Shown here: positions 38,832 to 50,528 of the stretch, piece by piece
Numbering within the stretch: position 1 is the first letter of the stretch
How the letters are laid out: each line of letters starts with the position of its first letter
Origin: Verrucomicrobiota bacterium
Lineage (GTDB): Bacteria > Verrucomicrobiota > Verrucomicrobiia > Limisphaerales > UBA1100
Direction: 5' to 3'
Assembly: GCA_028343615.1 (NCBI GenBank)
Contig: JAOLZA010000006.1
Span: forward strand, 245-64,244
DNA length: 64,000 nucleotides
Position numbers and translations under genes: made by a program
The notes under the pieces: model-generated
What the model was told of the DNA's origin: nothing
Databases searched by the model: none
What the model saw: only the letters and a program-made list of their open reading frames with translations

Positions 38832-39962
38832 ATGGGAAACAACAATAAAACCGAGTGGCCCGAAGAAGGTGGTGGCTACTTGGAAATCTCTGACAAAGGC
38901 TTTGGCTTTCTGCGTTCTTCGGGCAACCGATTCCAGTCGAAGCCCACCGACATCTTTGTGACGCCTGATACTATCCGGCGTCACTACCTCCGTGAAGGCT
39001 GTCACATTCAAGGCCGACTCGTGCCGCCACACAAGGGGCACAGCCCGCAGCTCAAGGAGATTTACACCGTGAACGAAATGCCGTTTAAGGAATATACCGA
39101 ATGCTCGCGATTTGAAAACCTCACCACCATCGATCCGCTTGAAAAATTCAATCTCGAGACCGAGTCCGACAGCATTGAAACGCGCATTATTGATCTCGTA
39201 ACCCCCATCGGTAAAGGTACTCGCGGCATGATTGTTTCGCCCCCCCGTACGGGCAAGACGACCATTCTTAAGCAAATTTGCAACGCCGTTACCACGAACC
39301 ATCCTGATGTGAAAACCATCGTGATGCTCATCGACGAGCGCCCCGAGGAAGTTACGGACTTCGAGCGTTCCGTGGACGCCGAAGTGGTCGCCTCCTCCAA
39401 CGACATGGATCTCGAAACGCACGTTCGCCTTTCACGTTTCATGATCGAGCGTTGCCGCCGAATGGTCGAGTGCGGGCAGGATGTGTTTATGCTGATGGAT
39501 TCAATCACCCGCATTGCGCGTGCTTACAATAACGTGAACACCGGGAGTGGTCGAACGATGTCTGGCGGCGTTGACGCGCGGGCACTTGAAATCCCTCGAC
39601 GAATGTTTGCTGCTGCCCGCAATATTGAAAACGGTGGCTCACTCACCATTCTTGCCACTGCATTGGTGGACACCGGCAGTCGCATGGACGAGCTGATCTT
39701 TCAAGAGTTTAAAGGCACCGGTAATATGGAGCTCATCCTCGACAAAAAACTCGCCGAACGTCGCCTTTATCCCGCCATAGACATCCCCAAAAGCGGCACT
39801 CGCAAAGAAGAGAAGCTCTTCCCTGAAGAACACCTTGATGCCATCCACAAGCTCAGGCGGACAATGATTGATCTTGACCCTGTCCAAGCAATGGAAACTC
39901 TTATTGGCGCGTTAAAAAAGCACAACACCAACGCGGAGTTGCTTACCAAGCTAAAAACCTAG
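38832..39962 (+). CDS. rho: Transcription termination factor Rho (short form)
   Basis: GFGFLR, DIFV, PPRTGKT, DERPEEVTD, SGGVD, EFKGTGNME, SGTRKEE; the ATG at 38718 overlaps the putative -10 (TTGCCA 38691, TAAATG 38715). Confidence 0.95.
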   Translation: MGNNNKTEWPEEGGGYLEISDKGFGFLRSSGNRFQSKPTDIFVTPDTIRRHYLREGCHIQGRLVPPHKGHSPQLKEIYTVNEMPFKEYTECSRFENLTTIDPLEKFNLETESDSIETRIIDLVTPIGKGTRGMIVSPPRTGKTTILKQICNAVTTNHPDVKTIVMLIDERPEEVTDFERSVDAEVVASSNDMDLETHVRLSRFMIERCRRMVECGQDVFMLMDSITRIARAYNNVNTGSGRTMSGGVDARALEIPRRMFAAARNIENGGSLTILATALVDTGSRMDELIFQEFKGTGNMELILDKKLAERRLYPAIDIPKSGTRKEEKLFPEEHLDAIHKLRRTMIDLDPVQAMETLIGALKKHNTNAELLTKLKT

Positions 39963-39974
39963 ATCATTCCTTCT

Positions 39975-40988
39975 ATGGCACCCACCAAGGGGCGAATAAA
40001 AAAAACAAAACCCGGTCGCCCGACGGAGTTGAAATCGCGTCCGCCTTATGCGCGGATGCTGCAAATTCATGATATGGTACAGCAGGGCAACTACCCCAAC
40101 GCCACCTCGCTTTCAAAAAAACTGGAGGTCACCACCAAAACGATACATCGCGACATCGGATTTATGCGCGACCGATTCACCTTGCCCATTGAATATGATG
40201 CCCTTCGAAATGGCTATCATTACTCCGCGCCAGTTGATTCGTTTCCCATGCTGCAAATAGACGAAGGCGAACTCTTCGCATTGCTCGTAGCTGAAAAAGT
40301 ACTGCAACAGTATCGCGGCACGGTTTTCGAAAAACAACTAAACACCGCCTTTGGAAAAATTTCTAAATCTTTGCCTGACACAGTTTCCATGCGGCTCAGC
40401 GACTGGGATGATGCCCTTGATATTCGTAGCACCGGCAAGGTAAATGTGGATGAGAAAATATTTGACTTGCTGTTCAAATCCGTTGCCAAGGGCCGCCAGT
40501 TAGAAATTCTTTACACCAAGCCCAATGACGCGCCTGAGAAACGCGTAATTGACCCTTATCAAATCGCCAACATTAACAACGATTGGTATCTATATGCCTA
40601 CGACCACAAGCAAAATGACATACGCTGCTTCGTTCCTGCGCGAATGGAATCAGCAGAAATTACGGGTCAAAAATTTAAGCGGCCTGATTCCTTTTCCCTC
40701 GACCAATATCTCGAAGGTGCCTTTGGGCCTTTCTCCAGTGACGAATCCTACGACATTCGGATCCAATTCACCAAGGCTGCCGCGCCCTTCATTCGCGAAA
40801 AAAAGTGGCACCCTTCTCAAGAGCTCAGGGAATTAAAAAATGGGCGCGTTGAAGTTTCGCTCCAATTGAGCCACCTCATCGACATCCGTCGATGGGTTCT
40901 CGGTTGGGGCGGTCAAGCCAAAGTTTTAGCCCCAGCGGAATTGCTGGAATCCGTGCGGGCCGAAGCCAAAGCCATTCTGGCAAAATAA
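39975..40988 (+). CDS. HTH-WYL-WCX transcriptional regulator (PafB/DriD-like)
   Basis: HTH LEVTTKTIHRDI; R.IDPY..NNDWYLYAYD..IRCF..RM; C-terminal WVLGWG...VLAP. Confidence 0.94.
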   Translation: MAPTKGRIKKTKPGRPTELKSRPPYARMLQIHDMVQQGNYPNATSLSKKLEVTTKTIHRDIGFMRDRFTLPIEYDALRNGYHYSAPVDSFPMLQIDEGELFALLVAEKVLQQYRGTVFEKQLNTAFGKISKSLPDTVSMRLSDWDDALDIRSTGKVNVDEKIFDLLFKSVAKGRQLEILYTKPNDAPEKRVIDPYQIANINNDWYLYAYDHKQNDIRCFVPARMESAEITGQKFKRPDSFSLDQYLEGAFGPFSSDESYDIRIQFTKAAAPFIREKKWHPSQELRELKNGRVEVSLQLSHLIDIRRWVLGWGGQAKVLAPAELLESVRAEAKAILAK

Positions 40989-41051
40989 CCGATTTTACGC
41001 TCGCCAATCACCCCGAATCCGCTAAATTAACCGGCGTCTGCTTTGGGCGGG

Positions 41052-41099
41052 AAACCATTTGTAGGGGTGGGTGTGGATAACTCACACATTATCTTGTGG
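41052..41099. promoter_or_regulatory. Two NrdR-like boxes (32 bp apart) flanking a perfect DnaA box upstream of smc
   Basis: AAACCATTTGTAGGGG (41052), TGTGGATAA (41072-41080), ACACATTATCTTGTGG (41084). Confidence 0.6.
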
Positions 41100-41146
41100 G
41101 TTTTTGGTTGCCAGCGTTCCGCTTGAGAAGGCACAAGGAGGTCCAA

Positions 41147-44100
41147 ATGTATTTGAAAAGCCTAAAGGCGATCGGTTTCAAGAGCTTTGCCGATAAAACA
41201 ACGCTCAATTTTGAACCCGGCATCACGGCCGTTGTTGGTCCCAATGGCTGCGGTAAATCCAACATTTCTGATGCTATTCGCTGGGTGCTTGGCGAACAAT
41301 CGGCCAAGGCCCTGCGCGGCGGGGAAATGGCCGATGTCATTTTCACCGGTACAGACGGGCCGCGCGGACGCAAAGCGATCGGGATGGCCGAAGTGTCACT
41401 CACCATTGGTGATGTGGATGAGGCGAATCTCAGCGCCGCAGGTGTGGATTTGGATTTCAACGAAGTAACTGTTACGCGACGCGTTTTCCGTGATGGCGGC
41501 AGCGAGTATTTTCTCAATGGCACTGGCTGCCGACTGCGCGATGTGCAGCAACTTTTTATGGGCACCGGCGTCGGGCGCAATAGTTACAGCATCATGGCGC
41601 AAGGCCAAATCACGAATATTATCCAAAGTCGCCCAGTGGAGCGCCGGGCGGTAATCGAGGAAGCGGCGGGCATCACTAAATTCAAGCAACAGAAAAAAGA
41701 AGCACTGCGCAAACTTGATTATACGGAGCAAAATTTATTACGACTCGATGACACCATTCGTGAAGTGAAGCGCCAGATTGGCTCGCTTCAACGCCAAGCT
41801 GGTAAGGCTCGGCGTTTCCAGAAAACCATGGACGAGCTGAAGCGTCTTGAGACGCAACTTGCCCGCCACGATTTTGATGTTATTGATGCCGACCTGATTT
41901 CCATCCGCGAAGAGTCCGGCCAGATTCGCGATGAACTGGAGAGCCATTCCAGTGGCATCATCGAGGAGGAATCTGCGCTTAAGCATCTGCGCGAACTGCT
42001 GGCCGACCTCGACCGGCAAGTTAACGCCGCGCAAACCAAGGGGCTCGAACTGAAATCCGAAACCGACCGTCATGAAAACCGGATCCAGTTTAACGAGAAG
42101 CGGATGGAGGAATTGGCCGCCCAACACGCTGAAGCTGAGGATGACATCGCCAGCGCTCAGGAGCGCTGCAAACAAGTGGACGCCGATTTAGAAGGCATCA
42201 ATCAACAGCTCGGCGATTCGGGTCATTCACTGGAGCGCGCCATCCAACACGTGGTCGAAAAACGTAATAGGCTGGAGTCCATCGACACCGCCATTCGTGA
42301 ACGCCAAGCCATACAGGAACGATCCCAGAATGAATCTGGCGAATTGCAAGGCCGCCTTACTCACGCGCGTAATCAATTGACGGCGTTGGAAATGCAAAAG
42401 CAAGGTAACTCCGTGCGTCTGGAAAAGCTTTCCGCTGAGAAAATTCAGTTAGAAGAAGAGCGCTCCAAACTAGAGGGCAGTCTTTCCGTTTTCGAAAAAC
42501 AGGTGGCAGGCGACTCGTTGCACGTCCAATCCCATCGCGGCACCGTCGAAGAGCGCCAGGCTAGGCTGGTGCAGTTGACCGACGAGCTGAATGTTGTCGA
42601 TGATGCCCTGGATGCCCGACTCCAAAGCCAAGCCGAAGCCAAGGCGCGGTGTGATGTCTTGAGGCAGCTGATTGAAAATAAAGAGGGGTTCAGTGCCGGC
42701 GCGCAAGCGGTGCTTTCTCATTTTGATTCGGCGCACGGCTCACTGGCTGATCAAATCCGTGTGCCAGATGAGCACGTACGTGCGGTGGAAGCCGCTTTGG
42801 GCGCGAACTTACAGCTTGTGCTCACTGACCAATCTGCGCATGCGAACGATATGCTTGGCCATCTCGCAAGCGGCGAACAGGGGCGCGCGAGTATTGTGGC
42901 GTTGGAATTGCTAAATGAACGCGGCGGGGCCATTCCGCCAAGTGATTTACCTTCGGAGGGAACGGCTGCCTTGCACGTGGTGGAAACGGATGAGCAGAAC
43001 CAATCACTGCTGCAAACGTTGCTGGGGCGCACGATGATCGTCGACACGCTTGAAACAGCAACGCGCCTGTGGCGAGCAAATCCGGGTAGGTTTGATTTTG
43101 TCACGCGCCAGGGTGAGTCCCTCAGTCAGCAGGGCATTTACACCGGCGGTCGCGGGCATTCCGGTGAACGGGATCACACTTCCGTACTTGCTCGGCGCAA
43201 TCAAGTGGATGAGCTGGAGCAGCAGCTCACCTCACTGACGCACGAAATTGATGAATCCAGCCGTCATAAGGGGCAGTTGTTGGCGGAGCAAACGGAATTG
43301 CAGGCGAGTTTACAAAATGCGCGTGACGAATTGAGTGACCGCGAAGTGGCGGTTGCCACCTCGAAGGGTGAATTTAACGTGCTGCAAAATTCGCGTAAGG
43401 TCTTACGCCAGAAGATCGACACCGTGGTTTTTGAGGTGCGCAATCTTGCTGAGCAAGAGGAAGGCGCGAAGGGCCGGTCGCAGGGATTGGGCGCGCGTAT
43501 TCGTGAGATGGAAGAGGGTGCGCACGATTTCCAGGAAGCGCTTGACGGGCATGAGCAGTTCATACACGAACAACGCGAGCGCCGCGAAAACGCCATCGAG
43601 GATTTAACGGAAGCAAAGGTTGCCCTGTCCAAAGCTGAGGAACGTGAGAATTCATTGCTCGAGCGCAAAACCCCGATGGAGCAGCGACTTGAGGAACTGC
43701 AGCGTACACTCGAGCGCGCGCAACAAACCTTGAGCGAAAGTGCCGAGCGAAAAGTGCAGTTTGAAGCTCAGAATGTGGAGTCGCGCCGCGAGATTGATAG
43801 GCTGCGCATCGAGCGTGAGGCTTCCAGTGAGCAATCGGCGGAACTGACGCAGCAGCGTAATCTACAAGCCGCCGGAGCCGAGCGTCGCGAGATGGAGCTT
43901 TCGGACAAACGCAATTCACTCACGGACCTGCAGGAACGTAAGAGCGATATCGAAGTGGAGCTGGCAGAAAAGCGAATGAAACAGGAGCAGCTCGTGGAAC
44001 GTATCCGCGAGAAGTACAGCGTGAACCTCCACGAAGTGCGCGGTGATTGCGTGACAATTAATATCACCGACAACGGCCAAACCACCACCGAAACCGTCAC

Positions 44101-44887
44101 GGCGGAAGAAATGACTGGTGATGCGCAGTCGATAAATTGGGCCGCCGTGGGTGAGCAAGTCTCTGCCTTGCAGGAAAAAATTGACGGGATGGGCCCAGTT
44201 AACCTGGTGGCAATTGATGAGTATGAAGAGATTGAAGAGCGCCACACATTCCTCAGTGCGCAACATGATGATTTAGTGAATGCTAAGGCCGAGCTCCAGG
44301 AAGTGATCGCGCGCATCGATAAACAGTCGCGCGAAATGTTCATGGAAACCTTTGAGAAAGTGCGCGAGAATTTTCAGAAAATGTTCCCTGATCTCTTCGG
44401 TGGCGGCAAAGCAAATCTTGTACTCACGGAGGAAGCGGATGTGCTTGAATCTGGTGTGGAGATCGTAGCCTCTCCTCCCGGCAAACAGTTGCGTAGCATC
44501 AGCTTGCTCTCCGGTGGCGAACAAACAATGACCGCCGTGGCACTGCTGTTTTCGTTATATCAAGTGAAGCCCAGTCCGTTTTGTGTGTTGGACGAATTGG
44601 ACGCCCCGCTTGATGACGCCAACATTGAGCGTTATGTGAAAAAGCTCAAAGAATTCCTCACGTTTTCTCAATTCATCGTCATCACCCACAGTAAGCGCAC
44701 TATTTCGGCGGCGGATGTACTATACGGCGTAACAATGCAGGAACGCGGTGTAAGTAAGATTGTGAGCGTGAAATTCCACTCGTCACACGACAGCTCCCCA
44801 TCTTCGCAGAACCGAAATGATGCCGGTGATTCCCTCAAGGCCAATCCCCGCGCGGATGAAGACGAGGAAGTCTTTCTCGCCAAATAG
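41147..44887 (+). CDS. smc: Chromosome segregation protein SMC
   Basis: GFKSFA, GPNGCGKSN, coiled coils and hinge, LSGGE, LDELDAPLD; start at MYLKSL. Confidence 0.97.
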   Translation: MYLKSLKAIGFKSFADKTTLNFEPGITAVVGPNGCGKSNISDAIRWVLGEQSAKALRGGEMADVIFTGTDGPRGRKAIGMAEVSLTIGDVDEANLSAAGVDLDFNEVTVTRRVFRDGGSEYFLNGTGCRLRDVQQLFMGTGVGRNSYSIMAQGQITNIIQSRPVERRAVIEEAAGITKFKQQKKEALRKLDYTEQNLLRLDDTIREVKRQIGSLQRQAGKARRFQKTMDELKRLETQLARHDFDVIDADLISIREESGQIRDELESHSSGIIEEESALKHLRELLADLDRQVNAAQTKGLELKSETDRHENRIQFNEKRMEELAAQHAEAEDDIASAQERCKQVDADLEGINQQLGDSGHSLERAIQHVVEKRNRLESIDTAIRERQAIQERSQNESGELQGRLTHARNQLTALEMQKQGNSVRLEKLSAEKIQLEEERSKLEGSLSVFEKQVAGDSLHVQSHRGTVEERQARLVQLTDELNVVDDALDARLQSQAEAKARCDVLRQLIENKEGFSAGAQAVLSHFDSAHGSLADQIRVPDEHVRAVEAALGANLQLVLTDQSAHANDMLGHLASGEQGRASIVALELLNERGGAIPPSDLPSEGTAALHVVETDEQNQSLLQTLLGRTMIVDTLETATRLWRANPGRFDFVTRQGESLSQQGIYTGGRGHSGERDHTSVLARRNQVDELEQQLTSLTHEIDESSRHKGQLLAEQTELQASLQNARDELSDREVAVATSKGEFNVLQNSRKVLRQKIDTVVFEVRNLAEQEEGAKGRSQGLGARIREMEEGAHDFQEALDGHEQFIHEQRERRENAIEDLTEAKVALSKAEERENSLLERKTPMEQRLEELQRTLERAQQTLSESAERKVQFEAQNVESRREIDRLRIEREASSEQSAELTQQRNLQAAGAERREMELSDKRNSLTDLQERKSDIEVELAEKRMKQEQLVERIREKYSVNLHEVRGDCVTINITDNGQTTTETVTAEEMTGDAQSINWAAVGEQVSALQEKIDGMGPVNLVAIDEYEEIEERHTFLSAQHDDLVNAKAELQEVIARIDKQSREMFMETFEKVRENFQKMFPDLFGGGKANLVLTEEADVLESGVEIVASPPGKQLRSISLLSGGEQTMTAVALLFSLYQVKPSPFCVLDELDAPLDDANIERYVKKLKEFLTFSQFIVITHSKRTISAADVLYGVTMQERGVSKIVSVKFHSSHDSSPSSQNRNDAGDSLKANPRADEDEEVFLAK

Positions 44888-44923
44888 CTTTCGCAGTTCT
44901 TTGCCTTAGCTGAAAGCTTGCCC

Positions 44924-44952
44924 TTGCCAACGGCGGGGCGGATGCGTAGCGT
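44924..44952 (+). promoter_or_regulatory. Putative promoter for trxB
   Basis: TTGCCA, 17 nt, TAGCGT, 9 nt before ATG. Confidence 0.55.
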
Positions 44953-44961
44953 TCACCTCCT

Positions 44962-45900
44962 ATGCCACAGGAAACTGAACAAGTCGTTATCATTGGCTCC
45001 GGCTGCGCAGGCCTTACCGCAGCGCTTTACTCAGCTCGCGCACAGCTTGCGCCAACCGTGCTCACCGGCACGATGCCGGGCGGGCTTCTTACCACGACCA
45101 GTATTGTTGAAAATTACCCGGGTTTCCCGGACGGTATCGATGGCACAGAGCTGATGATCAACATGCAACAACAAGCCGAACGCTTTGGCGCTAAAGTGAA
45201 ATTCGGCAGCACGGTGGAAGCGGTTGACTTAAGCGAACGCCCCTTCAAGCTAACCGTGGACGGTGAGCTAGCGCTGGCGCAAACGCTCATCATCGCGAGT
45301 GGGGCAGGGCATCGGCATCTCGGCTTAGACAGCGAAGCGCGACTCGACAAAAAAGGCGTTACCTATTGCGCCACATGCGACGGCGCGTTGCCGATGTTTC
45401 GTGACCAGCCGCTTGTGGTGGTCGGCGGTGGCGATTCAGCTTGCGAAGAAGCGACTTTTCTCACGCGGTTTGCCAACAAAGTGCATCTCGTCCATCGGCG
45501 CGACGAATTGCGCGCATCGAAAATCATGGCCGAGCGCACCCTTGGAAACGACAAGATTGAGATGGTGTGGGACTCCGAAGTGGAGGAAATTTTAGGTGAA
45601 GATAAAGTGAGCGGCGTGCGCCTGCGGAACAATAAAACCGATGCGGAGCAAATTGTAGAATGTTCGGGTGTATTTATCGCAATCGGGCACGTGCCTAACA
45701 CGCAAATTTTCAAGGGACAATTGGAAATGGACGACGCAGGATATATCACCCGAGCCGAAGGTGCGCAAACGAGTACGCCCGGCGTCTTCGTGGCAGGCGA
45801 TTGCTCAGACAAAGTATACCGGCAAGCCGTCACAGCCGCCGGAATGGGCTGCGCAGCAGCGATCGAAGCGGAGCGGTTACTGGCGGCCGAAAGCCAATAG
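44962..45900 (+). CDS. trxB: Thioredoxin reductase
   Basis: IIGSG, VENYPGF, CATCDG, GGGDSA, HRRD, YRQAVTAAG. Confidence 0.97.
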   Translation: MPQETEQVVIIGSGCAGLTAALYSARAQLAPTVLTGTMPGGLLTTTSIVENYPGFPDGIDGTELMINMQQQAERFGAKVKFGSTVEAVDLSERPFKLTVDGELALAQTLIIASGAGHRHLGLDSEARLDKKGVTYCATCDGALPMFRDQPLVVVGGGDSACEEATFLTRFANKVHLVHRRDELRASKIMAERTLGNDKIEMVWDSEVEEILGEDKVSGVRLRNNKTDAEQIVECSGVFIAIGHVPNTQIFKGQLEMDDAGYITRAEGAQTSTPGVFVAGDCSDKVYRQAVTAAGMGCAAAIEAERLLAAESQ

Positions 45901-45939
45901 ATATCGCAATTGTATGCATTTTCCACTAAAGCAAACCCA

Positions 45940-46605
45940 ATGAAAGTACGCACGGCGGAGGTTGATCGCGCCACTGGGGAAACCCGGATCCAGCTGAAGT
46001 TGAAAATCGATGGGCGGGGTGAGGCATCGTCGGACACCGGCATTCCGTTCCTTGACCACATGTTCACGCTGTTTGCAAAGCACTCAGTGTGCGACCTCAC
46101 GGTGAAGTGTGCGGGCGATCTTGAGGTGGACGCCCACCATACGGTGGAAGATTGCGGCATCGCACTCGGCCAAGCCTATTATGCGGCGCTTGGAGAGAAA
46201 CGTGGCCTTCGTCGGTACGGCACTGGATTTGATCCGCGCAATCCGATTTGGGGCGACGCGCACGTGCCAATGGATGAAACGCTGGCGCGATGCGTGGTTG
46301 ATTTCAGCGGGAGACCGTATTTGGTTTGGAAGGGAATGGACAAACTCGGCTTTCGTATTTTGAAAAGCGAACAAGCGCAGGACGATGCGTGCGCGTTTCG
46401 GTTTGGGTTGGCGCGCGAATTCTTCCAAGGGTTTACGAATGAGGCGCGATGTAATTTACATTTAGAATTATTGTACGGGCAGGAACCGCATCACGTGGTG
46501 GAGTCGTTATTTAAAGCCTTTGCCAAGGCTGTTGATTTCGCATGCCAAAAAGATCCGCGCATTGGCAAAGCGGTGCCGAGCACGAAAGGTCGATTAAAAG
46601 GCTGA
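45940..46605 (+). CDS. hisB: Imidazoleglycerol-phosphate dehydratase
   Basis: FLDHM, DAHHTVED, PMDE, HHVVESLFKA, PSTKG. Confidence 0.95.
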   Translation: MKVRTAEVDRATGETRIQLKLKIDGRGEASSDTGIPFLDHMFTLFAKHSVCDLTVKCAGDLEVDAHHTVEDCGIALGQAYYAALGEKRGLRRYGTGFDPRNPIWGDAHVPMDETLARCVVDFSGRPYLVWKGMDKLGFRILKSEQAQDDACAFRFGLAREFFQGFTNEARCNLHLELLYGQEPHHVVESLFKAFAKAVDFACQKDPRIGKAVPSTKGRLKG

Positions 46606-46608
46606 GTG

Positions 46609-47211
46609 ATGGCAAGGAAGCTGGATATCCCGAATGCCGACGATGAGTCGTTGGTTCGCGCCGCGCAACGGGGTGCAATGCCGCCTTATGAGGAATTAGT
46701 GCATCGCCACCGAGATAAAATTTACGCGCGGGCGTTTAGCATGTTACGCAATGAGGAAGAGGCGTTGGATCTCTCGCAGGGAGCATGGGTCAAGGGTTGG
46801 CAACGACTGAAGCAGTTTAAGCACAATTCCAGTTTCACCACGTGGATGACGCGAATTTGTATCAATCTCTGCCTTGATTTTTTGCGAAAACGGAAGAGGA
46901 AGCAAACCGATTCACTTGAGCAAATGGAAGAGGAGTCCGGCGGCGTGGAACGGCGTATGCCGGTGGAGGAATTCAACCCAACCGAAAATGTGGAGCGCGA
47001 AGAGCTTCGCTCACAAATTGATGACGCGATGTTGAAACTCAGTTACGAGCACCGTACGGTATTGATTTTGCACGAGTTCGAGCGGCTTGAGTACAAGGAG
47101 ATCGCCAAAGCGATGCATTGCTCCATCGGCACGGTGATGAGCCGATTGTTTTATGCCCGAAGAAAATTGGCCACCTTGCTGATTTCTTTGAAGAAAGAGC
47201 GCCAAAAGTGA
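46609..47211 (+). CDS. ECF RNA polymerase sigma factor
   Basis: Region 2 (SSFTTWMTRI) and region 4 (YKEIA...IGTVMSRLFYAR). Confidence 0.93.
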   Translation: MARKLDIPNADDESLVRAAQRGAMPPYEELVHRHRDKIYARAFSMLRNEEEALDLSQGAWVKGWQRLKQFKHNSSFTTWMTRICINLCLDFLRKRKRKQTDSLEQMEEESGGVERRMPVEEFNPTENVEREELRSQIDDAMLKLSYEHRTVLILHEFERLEYKEIAKAMHCSIGTVMSRLFYARRKLATLLISLKKERQK

Positions 47212-47232
47212 GTCTGAACAGGAGAAGGTAAG

Positions 47233-47802
47233 ATGAAGCACGAAGATAAACTCAGAATACAGGCGTGGATGGACGGAGAATTGGCCCCGAAAGAGGCCGC
47301 GCAGATCGCCACGCTCATCGAGCAAAACCCTGAATCCTTAGCGTTATCCGAGGAATTGAGGGTGGTGGAAAACGCTCTGCATTTCGGAGAAAAACCCGCA
47401 ATTTTGGACGATTCACGCGATTTTTACTGGTCGCAGATTGAACGTCAAATCGATGCTGGGGAATCGCTGCCTGAACCTTACGTGGGTCCGGTGACTGCCT
47501 CGAGTAACCTTTTGCGTTGGATGGTTCCGATGGGGAGCTTGGGTGCCATTGTGATTTTGATGGTAAACTTTGGGGCAATGAGCCCACAGTCCCAGCTTCC
47601 TGTGCCTGACGTTATTTTGGATGCCCCGGTTTCCGCGACTCCCACTGGGCTTACTGAATCTTCGGGTGGGCGCGAAAAAGAGAACACGGAGCCCAACGGT
47701 ATGGGTGTTATCAACTTCCAAGGCATTCAAGGGTCGCGCTATTTATCAGATCCTGAAGATCAAAACACTCTGCCCGAATCCATCGAAAACCCGATTCGCT
47801 AA
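47233..47802 (+). CDS. Putative membrane anti-sigma factor
   Basis: Follows ECF sigma; N-terminal AWMDGEL motif and single TM. Confidence 0.75.
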   Translation: MKHEDKLRIQAWMDGELAPKEAAQIATLIEQNPESLALSEELRVVENALHFGEKPAILDDSRDFYWSQIERQIDAGESLPEPYVGPVTASSNLLRWMVPMGSLGAIVILMVNFGAMSPQSQLPVPDVILDAPVSATPTGLTESSGGREKENTEPNGMGVINFQGIQGSRYLSDPEDQNTLPESIENPIR

Positions 47803-47821
47803 TCGTAAAAGCGACAATTTC

Positions 47822-47854
47822 AAGCGCCTCCAATTAGGGGGTGCTTTTTATTTA
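47822..47854 (+). terminator. Rho-independent terminator
   Basis: AAGCGCCTCC-AATTA-GGGGGTGCTT followed by TTTATTT. Confidence 0.75.
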
Positions 47855-47862
47855 CCGCAAAC

Positions 47863-47918
47863 TTATTCACAGGGCTACATCTTGTTGTTTAGTTTTTGCG
47901 CTGCACCACATCTGGTGT
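47863..47918. promoter_or_regulatory. DnaA box plus tandem NrdR-like boxes (31 bp apart) upstream of gyrB
   Basis: TTATTCACA (47863-47871), GGGCTACATCTTGTTG (47872), GCACCACATCTGGTGT (47903). Confidence 0.7.
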
Positions 47919-47929
47919 GATTTTCCTAA

Positions 47930-50518
<2,589 letters not shown>

Positions 50519-50528
50519 TTTACCTAAT

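Noticed and set aside
41147-44887. SMC as a Wadjet/MksB-type defence ATPase next to a WYL regulator
   Set aside because: Canonical full-length chromosomal SMC with hinge; no jetA/B/D-like neighbours
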